Assembly (NCBI GenBank): GCA_964535515.1
Contig: CAZHTA010000004.1
Coordinates: 27,888 to 68,377, forward strand
Length of the DNA: 40,490 nt
Direction of reading: 5' to 3'
Source: an uncultured Gammaproteobacteria bacterium
Lineage (GTDB): Bacteria; Patescibacteriota; Patescibacteriia; Magasanikbacterales; GWA2-37-8
Below the pieces are notes generated by a model, which was not told the origin of the DNA, ran no database searches, and worked only from the letters and a program-made list of their open reading frames with translations. Of this stretch, positions 1 through 9,414 are shown piece after piece. The translations under genes and the position numbers were made by a program. Positions within the stretch are counted from its first letter, which is position 1. Each line of letters opens with the position of its first letter.

Positions 1-366
1 CCTAATCATACGATATACGAAGATGAGAATTATTTAGCTTTTCTTGACATCTTCCCGCATGCCTTAGGGCATACGTTGTTAATTCCAAAAGTACATCATG
101 ATAACTTTATGGAATTAACCGAAGTAGAAGCACAACAGTTGTCGGTAGCACTTAAGAAAACCATGGAACGTATTAAAGTTGTTTTAAATCCGGGTAGTTT
201 TAATGTGGGTTGGAATGATGGTCCGATTGCTGGTCAGACAATACCACATTTACACGTGCTTATTTTCCCGCGTTACGAGGGTGATGGTGGTGGGAGTGTT
301 CATTCAATGATTAAAAATCCTAGTACTGTCCCTGTGTCAGAGGTAGCAGAAAAATTTAGTAAATAA
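1..366 (+). CDS. HIT (histidine triad) family hydrolase, 5'-partial (frame open from base 1)
   Basis: Frame 1 reads PNHTIYEDENYLAFLDIFPHALGHTLLIPK... from base 1. The HIT-type core is GQTIPHLHVLIFPRYEGD. The motif reads HLHVL, so the third His of the usual HxHxH appears to be Leu. Confidence 0.8.
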   Translation, partial: PNHTIYEDENYLAFLDIFPHALGHTLLIPKVHHDNFMELTEVEAQQLSVALKKTMERIKVVLNPGSFNVGWNDGPIAGQTIPHLHVLIFPRYEGDGGGSVHSMIKNPSTVPVSEVAEKFSK

Positions 367-369
367 TCT

Positions 370-1581
370 ATGAAATATATTTTAAAATTTGTTTGGGTAA
401 TTTTGTTGGCGATTTTGTTTGTTCCAATTTTGGCGAAGGCACAAAGCACAACCTCTGTTGGTCCAAGGGTAGATAAAGTTGAGTTTTCTTTGTTTCATTC
501 GGAAACGTGTCCACATTGTAAAGCCGAGATTGCTTTTATTAATTACACTTTAAAACCAAAGTATCAAGATCGAGTAGATTTTAAGATGTATGAAGTTGGT
601 ATAGAGGAAAATGTGAAGATGTTGTTTGATTATGCTAAACGTTACAACGCAAATATTAGCGGTGTACCAGTGACTTTTATTGACGGTCAGGTTATACATG
701 GTTTTAGTAGTAATGAAACTACGGGCGATGATTTAATGGATGCGATTGAAAAGGCAATTAAAGTAAGACAAAAAGAAAAAGTAGCGGCTGATACAGCGAC
801 TAACAATGTTGCTACCCCAGCAGGAGCAAAAATTACTGTTCCGGGTTTGGGAGAAATTGACCCGCACACCTTTTCTTTGCCTATTTTAACAGTGGTGATT
901 GGCTTGCTCGATGGTTTTAACCCTTGTGCGATGTGGGCGTTGTTGTTTTTGATTACTTTGTTATTGGGGATGGAGAATCGTCGGCGCATGTTGCTTTTGG
1001 GTGGTTTGTTTATCCTCGCCTCAGGTGCGGTATATTTTTTCTTCATGGCAGCTTGGCTCAATTTTATCATGTTTATTGGTACAATACTTTTGATTAGAGT
1101 TTTGATTGGAGTGGTAGCAGTAGTCATGGGAGGAAAAAATTTGTATGATTTTTGGAAAAATCGTAAGGCGGAAGGTGTGGTGTGTGAAGTGAGCGGTAAA
1201 GAAGGTACGAAAAAAACTTTTGAAAAGATAAAAGATATTGTTTATCGCCAAAGTTTGTGGTGGTCAATTGCCGGAATTTTGATTTTGGGTTTTTCTGTTA
1301 ATTTAGTTGAGCTCGCTTGTTCAGCGGGTTTTCCAGCAATTTATACACAAATACTTTCGATGTCTGGTATTCCAGTGTGGCAGAAGTATTTTTATATGTT
1401 GGGGTACATTATTTTCTACATGCTTGACGATATGATTGTGTTTGCGATTGCGATGGTAACTTTGAAACAAAAAGTATTTGGTACTAAGTATGCGAAATAT
1501 ACCAATTTAGTAGCAGGAGCTTTAATATTGATTTTAGGCTTACTTTTGATCTTTAAGCCAGAATGGATAATGTTCTCATAA
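370..1581 (+). CDS. Signal peptide + thioredoxin-fold domain (CPHC active site) fused to a DsbD/CcdA-like polytopic membrane domain; thiol-disulfide oxidoreductase
   Basis: N-terminal hydrophobic leader ending AKA. Contains SETCPHCKAE (DsbA-like CPHC) and VPVTFIDG. The membrane part has Cys residues in GFNPCAMW and ELACSAGFP, as in the DsbD_2/CcdA family. Confidence 0.6.
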   Translation: MKYILKFVWVILLAILFVPILAKAQSTTSVGPRVDKVEFSLFHSETCPHCKAEIAFINYTLKPKYQDRVDFKMYEVGIEENVKMLFDYAKRYNANISGVPVTFIDGQVIHGFSSNETTGDDLMDAIEKAIKVRQKEKVAADTATNNVATPAGAKITVPGLGEIDPHTFSLPILTVVIGLLDGFNPCAMWALLFLITLLLGMENRRRMLLLGGLFILASGAVYFFFMAAWLNFIMFIGTILLIRVLIGVVAVVMGGKNLYDFWKNRKAEGVVCEVSGKEGTKKTFEKIKDIVYRQSLWWSIAGILILGFSVNLVELACSAGFPAIYTQILSMSGIPVWQKYFYMLGYIIFYMLDDMIVFAIAMVTLKQKVFGTKYAKYTNLVAGALILILGLLLIFKPEWIMFS

Positions 1582-1584
1582 TTT

Positions 1585-2145
1585 ATGCCAAAACGTTTAA
1601 AAAAACTTTCGGAAGAAACATTGGCGAGCAATCCTTATTGGGATTATAAGCATGATGTGTACGAATTACCTAATGGGGCATCGGGTGATTTCTATTACGG
1701 TGAAAACAACGGTAGCGCAATGATTGTCCCCATTTTGGATGATGGACGATTGGTATTGGTAATGCAACAGCGATATTTACGTGAGAAGCCAAGTGTCGAA
1801 TTTCCGTGCGGTGGATTGGAAAAAGGCGAGTCTCCGCAAGAGGGGGCGGCGCGTGAGTTGTTGGAAGAAACGGGTTTTCAATCGAGTAATTTTGTTAAAT
1901 CTGGAGCTTTTGATGCTTTGAATGGTATATTTAAAGATACAACTCATGCATTCGTGGCGGATGAATTAACTCAGCAGTCAGCCCAAAAGCAGGATGCTAC
2001 GGAAGATCTGGAGGTTATTTATCGTCGGGTGGAAGAATTAGAAGAAATGATTCGTCGGGGTGAAATTTGGGACGGACAAACTTTGGCAGTGTGGGCATTA
2101 AGTCGTGAGCAGGTATTAAAAAAGATTTATGAACGACAAGGTTAG
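1585..2145 (+). CDS. Nudix hydrolase (ADP-ribose pyrophosphatase-like)
   Basis: Complete Nudix box GGLEKGESPQEGAARELLEETGF. Confidence 0.85.
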   Translation: MPKRLKKLSEETLASNPYWDYKHDVYELPNGASGDFYYGENNGSAMIVPILDDGRLVLVMQQRYLREKPSVEFPCGGLEKGESPQEGAARELLEETGFQSSNFVKSGAFDALNGIFKDTTHAFVADELTQQSAQKQDATEDLEVIYRRVEELEEMIRRGEIWDGQTLAVWALSREQVLKKIYERQG

Positions 2146-2947
2146 GATTGCTTGGTGGGGTAAGCATTTTGGTGAAGAGCCGCCCTTGGTTGGAAATGAA
2201 AACCAGGGTGCGGGTGGAATATTTTTTTCTGGGTGTCATTTGCATTGTGTTTTTTGTCAAAACCACCAAATTTCTCAGGAAAATTTTGGTTGTGATTATA
2301 CGATAGGGGAATTGGTTGAAATAATGCTGAAGTTACAAGATCAGGGTGCAGTGAATATTGACCTGGTAACGCCGACAATTTGGTGGCGACAAATCAAACA
2401 GGCAATTGTGTTAGCGAAGGAAAAAGGTTTGGTAATTCCAATTGTTTGGAATTCTAATGGTTATGAGGCAGTAAATATTTTGAAAGAAATTAAGGGGTTG
2501 GTTGATATCTATTTACCAGATTTTAAATATGGTGATAATGAGTTGGCGTGGAAATATTCAGGTGTAAAAAAATATTTAGAAGTAACAGTCAGTGCGATTA
2601 AAGAAATGTATGATCAGGTGGGGTTATTTAAAGAAGTTGATGGTATTGGAAAAAGTGGTTTAATCGTTCGTCACTTGGTACTACCAGGGGCAACAGACAA
2701 CAGCTATGTGGTGTTGGGGGAGTTAAGTAAGGTAGACAAACAAATACATATTGCCTTAATGAATCAATATACCCCGTTATATGGCGGTAAAGATCTTCCT
2801 GGGTTAAATCGGGCAGTGACTAGTGAAGAATTTAATTTAGTTTATGATCGATTGTTGGAATTAGGGTTTTCTAATGGTTGGGCACAGGACGAAGGCAGTC
2901 AGGGTGTGTTGGTACCAGATTTTAATAAAATAAATCCGTTTATTTGA
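2129..2947 (+). CDS. Radical SAM protein, PflX/COG1313-like (pyruvate formate-lyase activase homolog)
   Basis: HFGEEPPLVG...GGIFFSGCHLHCVFCQN contains the CxxxCxxC cluster in the PflX-type context. Overlaps the upstream gene by 17 nt. Confidence 0.75.
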   Translation: MNDKVRIAWWGKHFGEEPPLVGNENQGAGGIFFSGCHLHCVFCQNHQISQENFGCDYTIGELVEIMLKLQDQGAVNIDLVTPTIWWRQIKQAIVLAKEKGLVIPIVWNSNGYEAVNILKEIKGLVDIYLPDFKYGDNELAWKYSGVKKYLEVTVSAIKEMYDQVGLFKEVDGIGKSGLIVRHLVLPGATDNSYVVLGELSKVDKQIHIALMNQYTPLYGGKDLPGLNRAVTSEEFNLVYDRLLELGFSNGWAQDEGSQGVLVPDFNKINPFI

Positions 2948-3798
2948 TTGTTTGTATGTTTAATACGTCAATGGTAATTAGTTTCTTGATTCCGTTGTTG
3001 CTGACATCTTTTATTGTTTACAAAATGATGCGACGGGAAGATCTTAAAAAAAATGATGAGAGCGAGATAGTGATTACGGAATATGATATTCCTAAAAAAT
3101 TAACTCCAGCGGAAGCGGGGGCAATTTTTGATTTTAAAGTTTCTGGCCGTGATATTACTGCTGAACTTATCCATTTAGCAATTAAAGGATATATTTCGAT
3201 TAGCAAAGTTAAGAATAGTGGTACCGAAGACTTTGTGTTAACTCTTTTGAAAGATCCTGAGTCGGGTGTTATTTCTTTTGAACGTGATCTTTTGAAACAT
3301 CTTTTTTTACCTTTAAAACAAGTTAATCTTTCGAGTTTCAAATACAATTTCTTTGCTGAAGCTAATGATATTAATTACAAAGTATGGGATAGTGTGGTTC
3401 AGAAAGGTTATGCCTATGCTCGTCCAATTGACTATTTTATTAAATATGGTGGTGCGGGGGCGCTAATGGGAGCGCTTGGTGTAATATTGTTGTTTAATGA
3501 TTATTTGTTTTTAGCGGGTGTATATATATTTTGTTCTTTAGTTGTTTTATCAGTTGTGGAATTTTTACAACCTTTAACTTCCAAGGGCTTGCAGATGAAG
3601 AAGTATTTAAAAGGTTTAAAGAAGTATTTGGAAGTTGCGGAAAGGCAGCGTCTGTTATTTTTTTCTAGTCCAAATTTAGAAAATTTTGAATTTGATCCTT
3701 TGGTTCCGTATGCGATTGTTTTGGGTGTTGTCCCGGAATGGGCCAGAGCGTTTGGTGAACTTTATCAGGTTGACGAGAAGAGAACAAAGCGACATTAG
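2944..3798 (+). CDS. DUF2207-like membrane protein (start uncertain: TTG 2944 or ATG 2956)
   Basis: LTPAEAGAIFDFKVSGRDITAELIHLAIKGYISI and GLKKYLEVAERQRL resemble the conserved C-terminal half of DUF2207 proteins. Several TM segments. Confidence 0.55.
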   Translation: MIVCMFNTSMVISFLIPLLLTSFIVYKMMRREDLKKNDESEIVITEYDIPKKLTPAEAGAIFDFKVSGRDITAELIHLAIKGYISISKVKNSGTEDFVLTLLKDPESGVISFERDLLKHLFLPLKQVNLSSFKYNFFAEANDINYKVWDSVVQKGYAYARPIDYFIKYGGAGALMGALGVILLFNDYLFLAGVYIFCSLVVLSVVEFLQPLTSKGLQMKKYLKGLKKYLEVAERQRLLFFSSPNLENFEFDPLVPYAIVLGVVPEWARAFGELYQVDEKRTKRH

Positions 3799-3823
3799 TT
3801 GGTAAATACTTTTATATATCTGT

Positions 3824-4384
3824 ATGTTTAATGAAAGTGAGGCTAAATATATTTTAGACTTGGCACGTCGCTCCATTGAGTTTTATTTTAAAAATCAAGA
3901 ATTGTTGGTAGTTAATGAGACGGAAGTACCGGTGGGTAGGTTAAAAGAAAAGTTAGCTTGTTTCGTTACTTTGACAATTGGAGGAGAGTTGCGTGGTTGT
4001 ATTGGTCGCACGGAAGCAACTCAATTTTTATATTTAGATGTTATTGAAAATGCGGCGTTAGCCGCGTTTAATGATCCACGTTTTGCGCCATTGTCTGAGG
4101 AGGAATTAGAAAAGGTTAAGATCGAAGTATCAGTTTTGTCAGTAGCGCAACCGGTAGATTTTACTAACACAGAGGAATTATTAAAAAAGTTACGTCCGGG
4201 CATTGATGGTGTTGTTATTAAACGTGGCAGCCAATGGGCGACATATTTGCCACAAGTTTGGGAGGAGTTACCTGTTAAAGAAAAGTTTTTGAATTCTCTT
4301 TGTGAGAAAGCCGGTCTTCCTTTAGATGATTGGCAAAAAGCGGGTATTGAAGTGTTGGTATATCAAGTTGAGGTGATTGAATAG
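3824..4384 (+). CDS. AMMECR1 domain protein
   Basis: LACFVTLTIGGELRGCIGRTEA and PRFAPLSEEELEKVKIEVSVL are AMMECR1 hallmarks. Confidence 0.85.
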   Translation: MFNESEAKYILDLARRSIEFYFKNQELLVVNETEVPVGRLKEKLACFVTLTIGGELRGCIGRTEATQFLYLDVIENAALAAFNDPRFAPLSEEELEKVKIEVSVLSVAQPVDFTNTEELLKKLRPGIDGVVIKRGSQWATYLPQVWEELPVKEKFLNSLCEKAGLPLDDWQKAGIEVLVYQVEVIE

Positions 4385-4392
4385 TAAAAATA

Positions 4393-4401
4393 TGGTATAA
4401 T
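4393..4401 (+). promoter_or_regulatory. Extended -10 (TGgTATAAT) ending 6 nt before the ATG at 4408; implies a leaderless mRNA
   Basis: tatggtataatgtttttATG. No SD is possible in the 6-nt gap. Confidence 0.45.
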
Positions 4402-4407
4402 GTTTTT

Positions 4408-6441
4408 ATGGAAGAAAATATCTTGGAAAATCAAGCCGCACCAGCGGTGATACCAACCGACGCCGATATAAACTATTTCGGGTTGGTTAACTATCGTAAT
4501 CAAAATCGTAAGTTTGGTATTAAGACTGATGATCGCCGTCGACATATGTATGTTGTCGGTAAAACCGGTATGGGGAAAACGACGATTTTGGAGAATATGG
4601 TGTTAAATGACATCTACGCCGGACACGGGGTTGGTTTGGTTGATCCGCACGGTGATTTTGCTGAAAAGATTATTGACTATATCCCAGCTAATCGTATCAA
4701 CGATGTCGTATATTTCAATCCCGCGGATATTGATTTCCCGATTGGTTTTAATATTTTAGAAACTGTAAAGGCGGAGCACAAACATTTGGTGGCTTCTGGT
4801 TTGATGGGGGTATTTAAAAAGATCTGGCCAGATGTGTGGAGTTCACGTATGGAATATATCTTGAACAACACCCTTTTGGCATTGTTAGATTATCCTGGTA
4901 CAACTTTGCTTGGTATTAATCGTTTATTAGCCGATGCTGACTATCGTAAGCGCGTCGTGCATAATTTGAAAGATCCAGTAGTAAAAGCTTTTTGGCAAAA
5001 TGAGTTTGCGGCTTACAATGATAAATATCGCCAAGAAGCGGTAGCGCCAATTCAAAACAAAATTGGTCAGTTTTTGTCTGCTTCGGTCATCCGTAATATC
5101 GTCGCTCAAGTAAAATCACGAATTAACATTCGTGAGATTATGGATAGTAAAAAGATTTTTATCATGAACTTGTCTAAAGGAAGAATTGGTGAGGATAACT
5201 CGCGTCTTTTGGGTGGTATGCTTATCACCAAGATTCAGTTGGCAGCCATGGAACGCGTAGACACTCCAGAGAAGGATCGTAAGGATTTCTTTTTGTACGT
5301 TGATGAGTTTCAGAACTTTGCTACTGAGAGTTTTGCCAACATTTTGTCAGAAGCACGTAAATATCGCTTGGATTTGACCATGGCTCATCAGTATATGGAG
5401 CAACTAGAAGAGGAAGTCTTGGCGGCTGTTATCGGTAACGTAGGGAGTATTATCACTTTTCGGGTTGGTTCTACTGATGCAGAGATTTTGGCTAAGGAGT
5501 TTATTCCAACTTTTATTGAAGAAGACTTGATTAATTTACCAAAGTTTCATATTTACCTTAAACTAATGATCGACGGCATTGCTTCGCGACCATTTTCAGC
5601 TTTGACTTTGCCACCGATTGCTCAGACTACCCATAGTGAAGAAAAAGTAATTAAGGTTTCGCGTGAACGTTATGCTGTACCACGTGAAAATATTGAAGAC
5701 AAGATCGCGCGTTGGAGTGGCATGGTGATTATTCCAGAAGATGAAGCGAGCGAATTAGAAGTAGACGAAGAAGAGGAAATGTTTGAGAAACAGGTAAAGA
5801 AAGAAGAAAAGAAAGTGGTGGAAAAGCCAAAAGAAGAAGTGAGATCTGAGTCTAAGCCTGAACCAGCTGTTGTGGTGGAGGATACCGTAAAGCCAGAAGT
5901 TGTACAGGATTTACCAAAGACAGAACCAGCGCGGAATGTTTCAGAACCAATCGTGCAACCGCAGCCAGTTGTTAGACCGGTACAGTCTAGTTCGGCACCT
6001 CAAGTGAATCGGACATCCAATAATATTTCAGGGGGCAATCGAAATGGTGGTCAGGGTAGTAGCCAGAATTTTCAGTCTTCTGGTAAAAAGAAAAAAAAGA
6101 AACACCATAGTAGTCCAGGTGGTGGCACCGCGGTTTCTTTGGTGGATACAAGTCAAAAAGGTATTTCTCTAAATAGTTTAAGTCAAGAAAGAAACGGGGG
6201 AGGACAACAACGTGATCAGCAACGTTCGCAACAGCAGAGCGTGCAGTCTCCGGTAAAGGCACAAGAAGAAAGGAGAGAGGTTCCTCAAGTTCCAGTTGTT
6301 CAAAAACCACTTGGACCAGAGACGATCGGCTTGTTGCCAAAGGAGCAACATCAGAATCCGCCGGTTGGAGTTAAATCTCAATCACCCCATCAGCCAGTAA
6401 CGATTTTGCCTGGTCAGGTTAACAAGGTAGAAGAGAATTAA
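4408..6441 (+). CDS. P-loop NTPase of the TraD/TraG/VirD4 (type IV coupling protein-like) family with a roughly 230-aa low-complexity C-terminal tail
   Basis: Walker A is VVGKTGMGKTT and the Walker B-like motif is FFLYVDEFQNF, followed by LTMAHQYMEQL. No N-terminal TM segments. The tail is rich in E/K/P/Q/S/G and includes KKKKKKHH. Confidence 0.6.
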   Translation: MEENILENQAAPAVIPTDADINYFGLVNYRNQNRKFGIKTDDRRRHMYVVGKTGMGKTTILENMVLNDIYAGHGVGLVDPHGDFAEKIIDYIPANRINDVVYFNPADIDFPIGFNILETVKAEHKHLVASGLMGVFKKIWPDVWSSRMEYILNNTLLALLDYPGTTLLGINRLLADADYRKRVVHNLKDPVVKAFWQNEFAAYNDKYRQEAVAPIQNKIGQFLSASVIRNIVAQVKSRINIREIMDSKKIFIMNLSKGRIGEDNSRLLGGMLITKIQLAAMERVDTPEKDRKDFFLYVDEFQNFATESFANILSEARKYRLDLTMAHQYMEQLEEEVLAAVIGNVGSIITFRVGSTDAEILAKEFIPTFIEEDLINLPKFHIYLKLMIDGIASRPFSALTLPPIAQTTHSEEKVIKVSRERYAVPRENIEDKIARWSGMVIIPEDEASELEVDEEEEMFEKQVKKEEKKVVEKPKEEVRSESKPEPAVVVEDTVKPEVVQDLPKTEPARNVSEPIVQPQPVVRPVQSSSAPQVNRTSNNISGGNRNGGQGSSQNFQSSGKKKKKKHHSSPGGGTAVSLVDTSQKGISLNSLSQERNGGGQQRDQQRSQQQSVQSPVKAQEERREVPQVPVVQKPLGPETIGLLPKEQHQNPPVGVKSQSPHQPVTILPGQVNKVEEN

Positions 6442-6451
6442 TATTTAAATT

Positions 6452-6481
6452 ACCCGCCCACAATTTAGGGGGCGGGTTTTT
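6452..6481 (+). terminator. Intrinsic terminator
   Basis: ACCCGCCC-loop-GGGCGGGT followed by TTTT. Confidence 0.8.
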
Positions 6482-6509
6482 GACTTTTTTGGCTAAAATT
6501 TGGTAAGAT
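6480..6509 (+). promoter_or_regulatory. Sigma70-like promoter for the swivel-domain operon (TTGACT, 18 nt, TGgTAAGAT)
   Basis: The -35 TTGACT is at 6480-6485 and the extended -10 TAAGAT at 6504-6509. The ATG at 6519 is only 9 nt downstream. Confidence 0.5.
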
Positions 6510-6518
6510 ATACCCTAT

Positions 6519-7973
6519 ATGAAACAAGACTATATCCTCAAACAGCGCAAAAAGAACATGTATATTTTCCCTAATGTTTTTGTGATTGGGCGGGTTTTTA
6601 CGGGCAGTTTGAACAAAATATTGAATGGTAAGAATTTTGGAGAAACAATGTGTATTTACAAGGACGATATGATGTATTGGTATGCTTCGGATAGTATGGT
6701 AAAAGCGGCGGCGCAAGAATTTTTTAAGAAATTAAAAAAGAATTCAAATTTTGTTTCTTCGTCTATTCGTATTTTTTCTAAACGTAGTAATTTTTTTCTG
6801 TCTTGGGTAAAAAAAGTTAGTAAGAGGGATTTATCAAAAATGACCAACAAGGAGCTGGATGTTTTTTGGGATAAGTATTTAGAGCTCTATGAGTCTAGCT
6901 ATATCTATAGTGAAGCATTGGTAATTTGTTTTGAAGAATACCTTTCTGGTCTTTTGTCTTCGTATTTAAAGAAATTAGTAAAAAGTGATACTGAAGCATC
7001 TCGGGTTCAAAATGTTCTTGCTTCGCCTTTGGAAAAATCATTTGTGAAAAGAGAAGAAGATGATTTGTTGAATTTGGCGTTAAAGATTAAAAACGGCAAG
7101 GTGAAGGATGTAGAATTGGCGTTAGAAAAACACGTGGAGAAGTATCAATGGGTGCCGTTTGATTATGGTATGTATATTTGGGATAAAAAATATTTTAAAA
7201 AGATTTTGCAAGGGATGTTAAAAAATGCAGATTTAGAGAATCGGATTGTGGCTAGTAAGAAATATTTGAAGTATTTGTCTTTGGAACAGTTGCGTTTAGA
7301 AAAGGAATTAAAGATTGACAAGCAATACAAAAAATATTTTATGGCGATGCGCCAGACGGGGTATTTGTTAGATTACAAAAAGGAAATTTTTACCCAGATA
7401 CATTTTTATGCAGAGAAGGTATTGGCGGAGACAGGTAAACGTTTGGGTGTAAAAAGAGATCTGGTGCAATATTATTTGCCAGGAGAAATCAAGACTGCCT
7501 TAAAGGAAGGTAAAGTGGTTGGCAAGAAAATATTAGAAGCGAGACAAAAACATTGTTATGTTCGTTGGTTTGATAATAGTATCGAAGCAGTGATAGACAA
7601 GCCGGATAGTTTGTTGGCTAAATTTTTATTAAAAGAAGATCCGACTTCAGCTAAATTTGAGGGTATTATTGCTTCGGCGGGAAAATGTATTGGAAAGGTA
7701 AAGATTTTACATAGTGCGTTAGAAGTAGACAAGGTGAAATTGGGTGATATTTTAGTTGCACCAATGACTAGTCCAGATTATGTTCCGGCGATGCGTTTGG
7801 CTGGGGCAATTATTACTGATGAGGGCGGGGTGATGTGTCACGCGGCGATTGTGTCGCGTGAATTAGGTATCCCGTGTGTGGTTGGTACGAAAAATGCCAC
7901 AAAGTTTTTACATGACGGTGACGAAGTGGAAGTGGATGCTAATCATAATTCGGTGAGGATAATTCGCAGATAG
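6519..7973 (+). CDS. Swivel-domain paralog 1: uncharacterised N-terminal domain + C-terminal PEP-utilizer (phosphohistidine) mobile domain
   Basis: The C-terminus GDILVAPMTSPDYVPAMRLAGAIITDEGGVMCHAAIVSRELGIPCVVGT aligns with the E. coli PpsA His-domain (GGRTCHAAIIARELGIP). The N-terminal part carries KHVEKYQWVPFDYG. Confidence 0.85.
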   Translation: MKQDYILKQRKKNMYIFPNVFVIGRVFTGSLNKILNGKNFGETMCIYKDDMMYWYASDSMVKAAAQEFFKKLKKNSNFVSSSIRIFSKRSNFFLSWVKKVSKRDLSKMTNKELDVFWDKYLELYESSYIYSEALVICFEEYLSGLLSSYLKKLVKSDTEASRVQNVLASPLEKSFVKREEDDLLNLALKIKNGKVKDVELALEKHVEKYQWVPFDYGMYIWDKKYFKKILQGMLKNADLENRIVASKKYLKYLSLEQLRLEKELKIDKQYKKYFMAMRQTGYLLDYKKEIFTQIHFYAEKVLAETGKRLGVKRDLVQYYLPGEIKTALKEGKVVGKKILEARQKHCYVRWFDNSIEAVIDKPDSLLAKFLLKEDPTSAKFEGIIASAGKCIGKVKILHSALEVDKVKLGDILVAPMTSPDYVPAMRLAGAIITDEGGVMCHAAIVSRELGIPCVVGTKNATKFLHDGDEVEVDANHNSVRIIRR

Positions 7974-7974
7974 C

Positions 7975-9411
7975 ATGTTAAATAGCAGCGATTCAAAACA
8001 TATTCGTGAAACTAATTGGTATCGCCAAGGTGGGGCGATTAATTTGTTTTATTGTTTTAGTCCGTTTCAATCTATTCGCGAAACCATTGGTTATGATGGT
8101 TGTATTATGTATCAAGAGGATGCTGTTAATACTGCTTTTTTTGAACGAGACAGAGAGGATAAGTTAGCACTTAAATTTATCCGAGCAAGCGGGGAAGACA
8201 AATATTTGGTGGACAGATGGATAAGCGTTTGGCGTATACGCATATTAAAGTTAAATAAGTTTTTAGATAAAAGTTTTTCTAAACCATTGGAAACGTGGTC
8301 TGATGCGGAGTTGGTTAATTTTTTCCATCGTTATGATCATTTGGCTTTAAGTCATTGGAAGAAGGGTGTTTTGTGTGAATGGACTGACCCTAATGGCTGG
8401 AATATAGTAAAGACGGAGGCTTTAAAATATTGCCCTAATCTTAGTGATGAAGATATTAATCTGTTAACATCACCAGAAAAGTTAACTGTAGTGCAGAAAG
8501 AATTAGTTGATCGGTTGGTTTTAATGAAAAAACAAAAGCAGGGTTTAAGTATTGAGCGCGAGCTTAAGAAACATGTTAGTAAATATTTTTGGATTCGCAA
8601 TAATTGGGCGTTTGTTTATGATTTAAAAGAAAAAGATTTTCAAAAGGTTATTAACAAAGAAATGTTAAAGTTGGAGAAAGTTGAAAGACAAGTGAAAGAA
8701 ATTAATGAATATATACGTGAGATTAAGAAAAAGAAAAAGATTTTAATCAAGAAAAAATCAGTACCACGTAAAGTACAAAATGTTTTTTACTTTTTTACTC
8801 AATTAACCGATTGGCGCGATGAGAGGAAAAAATTTGCTGCTTGTTTGCCAAATCATTATTTATATAAAATATTGAAAGTATTGGCGAAGAGAAATAATAT
8901 TTCTGAGGAGTTGGTTGGTTTATTAATATGGTTTGAAATTAGTGGTTGGAAATTATCTGTAAAAACAATAGATAATTTAAAAAGACGAGGGCAGGGCTGG
9001 ATCTATTATTGTCGTAAAAATAAACAATGCCAACAAGTTTATGGTAGTGAGGCAAAAAAGATTTTTAATGATTTGGTTAAGGCGTTAGATAAAGGTGAAT
9101 TGCGAGGGTTAATAGCAAACAAGGGTGTTGTGATTGGTAAAGCGAAGATTGTGGAAGTACAAGCTGATTTTAGTAAAGTAAAAAAAGGGGATATTATTGT
9201 TGCTAACATGACGCGCCCAGATTATGTACCGATTATGAAATTGGCAGGTGGAATAATTACCAATGAGGGAGGGATTACTTGTCACGCGGCAATTGTTAGT
9301 CGTGAGTTAAATATTCCTTGTATAATTGGGACACAGGTGGCTACGGATGTTTTAAAAGACGGTGATGTTATAGAAGTTGATGCGGATAATGGTGTAATTA
9401 GAAAAAAATAA
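7975..9411 (+). CDS. Swivel-domain paralog 2
   Basis: GDIIVANMTRPDYVPIMKLAGGIITNEGGITCHAAIVSRELNIPCIIGT. N-terminal motif KHVSKYFWIRNNWA. 1-nt gap to the upstream gene. Confidence 0.85.
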   Translation: MLNSSDSKHIRETNWYRQGGAINLFYCFSPFQSIRETIGYDGCIMYQEDAVNTAFFERDREDKLALKFIRASGEDKYLVDRWISVWRIRILKLNKFLDKSFSKPLETWSDAELVNFFHRYDHLALSHWKKGVLCEWTDPNGWNIVKTEALKYCPNLSDEDINLLTSPEKLTVVQKELVDRLVLMKKQKQGLSIERELKKHVSKYFWIRNNWAFVYDLKEKDFQKVINKEMLKLEKVERQVKEINEYIREIKKKKKILIKKKSVPRKVQNVFYFFTQLTDWRDERKKFAACLPNHYLYKILKVLAKRNNISEELVGLLIWFEISGWKLSVKTIDNLKRRGQGWIYYCRKNKQCQQVYGSEAKKIFNDLVKALDKGELRGLIANKGVVIGKAKIVEVQADFSKVKKGDIIVANMTRPDYVPIMKLAGGIITNEGGITCHAAIVSRELNIPCIIGTQVATDVLKDGDVIEVDADNGVIRKK

Positions 9412-9414
9412 TTT

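Noticed and set aside
2129-4384. Calling this the known AmmeMemoRadiSam system.
   Set aside because: The radical SAM motif context fits PflX/COG1313 better than AmrS as I recall it. No Memo gene is in the window, and a DUF2207 gene is interposed.
4408-6441. Calling a conjugative or integrative element on the basis of the TraD/VirD4-like ATPase.
   Set aside because: No relaxase, VirB-type components, integrase, repeats or compositional shift accompany it. The flanking genes are housekeeping and native in composition.
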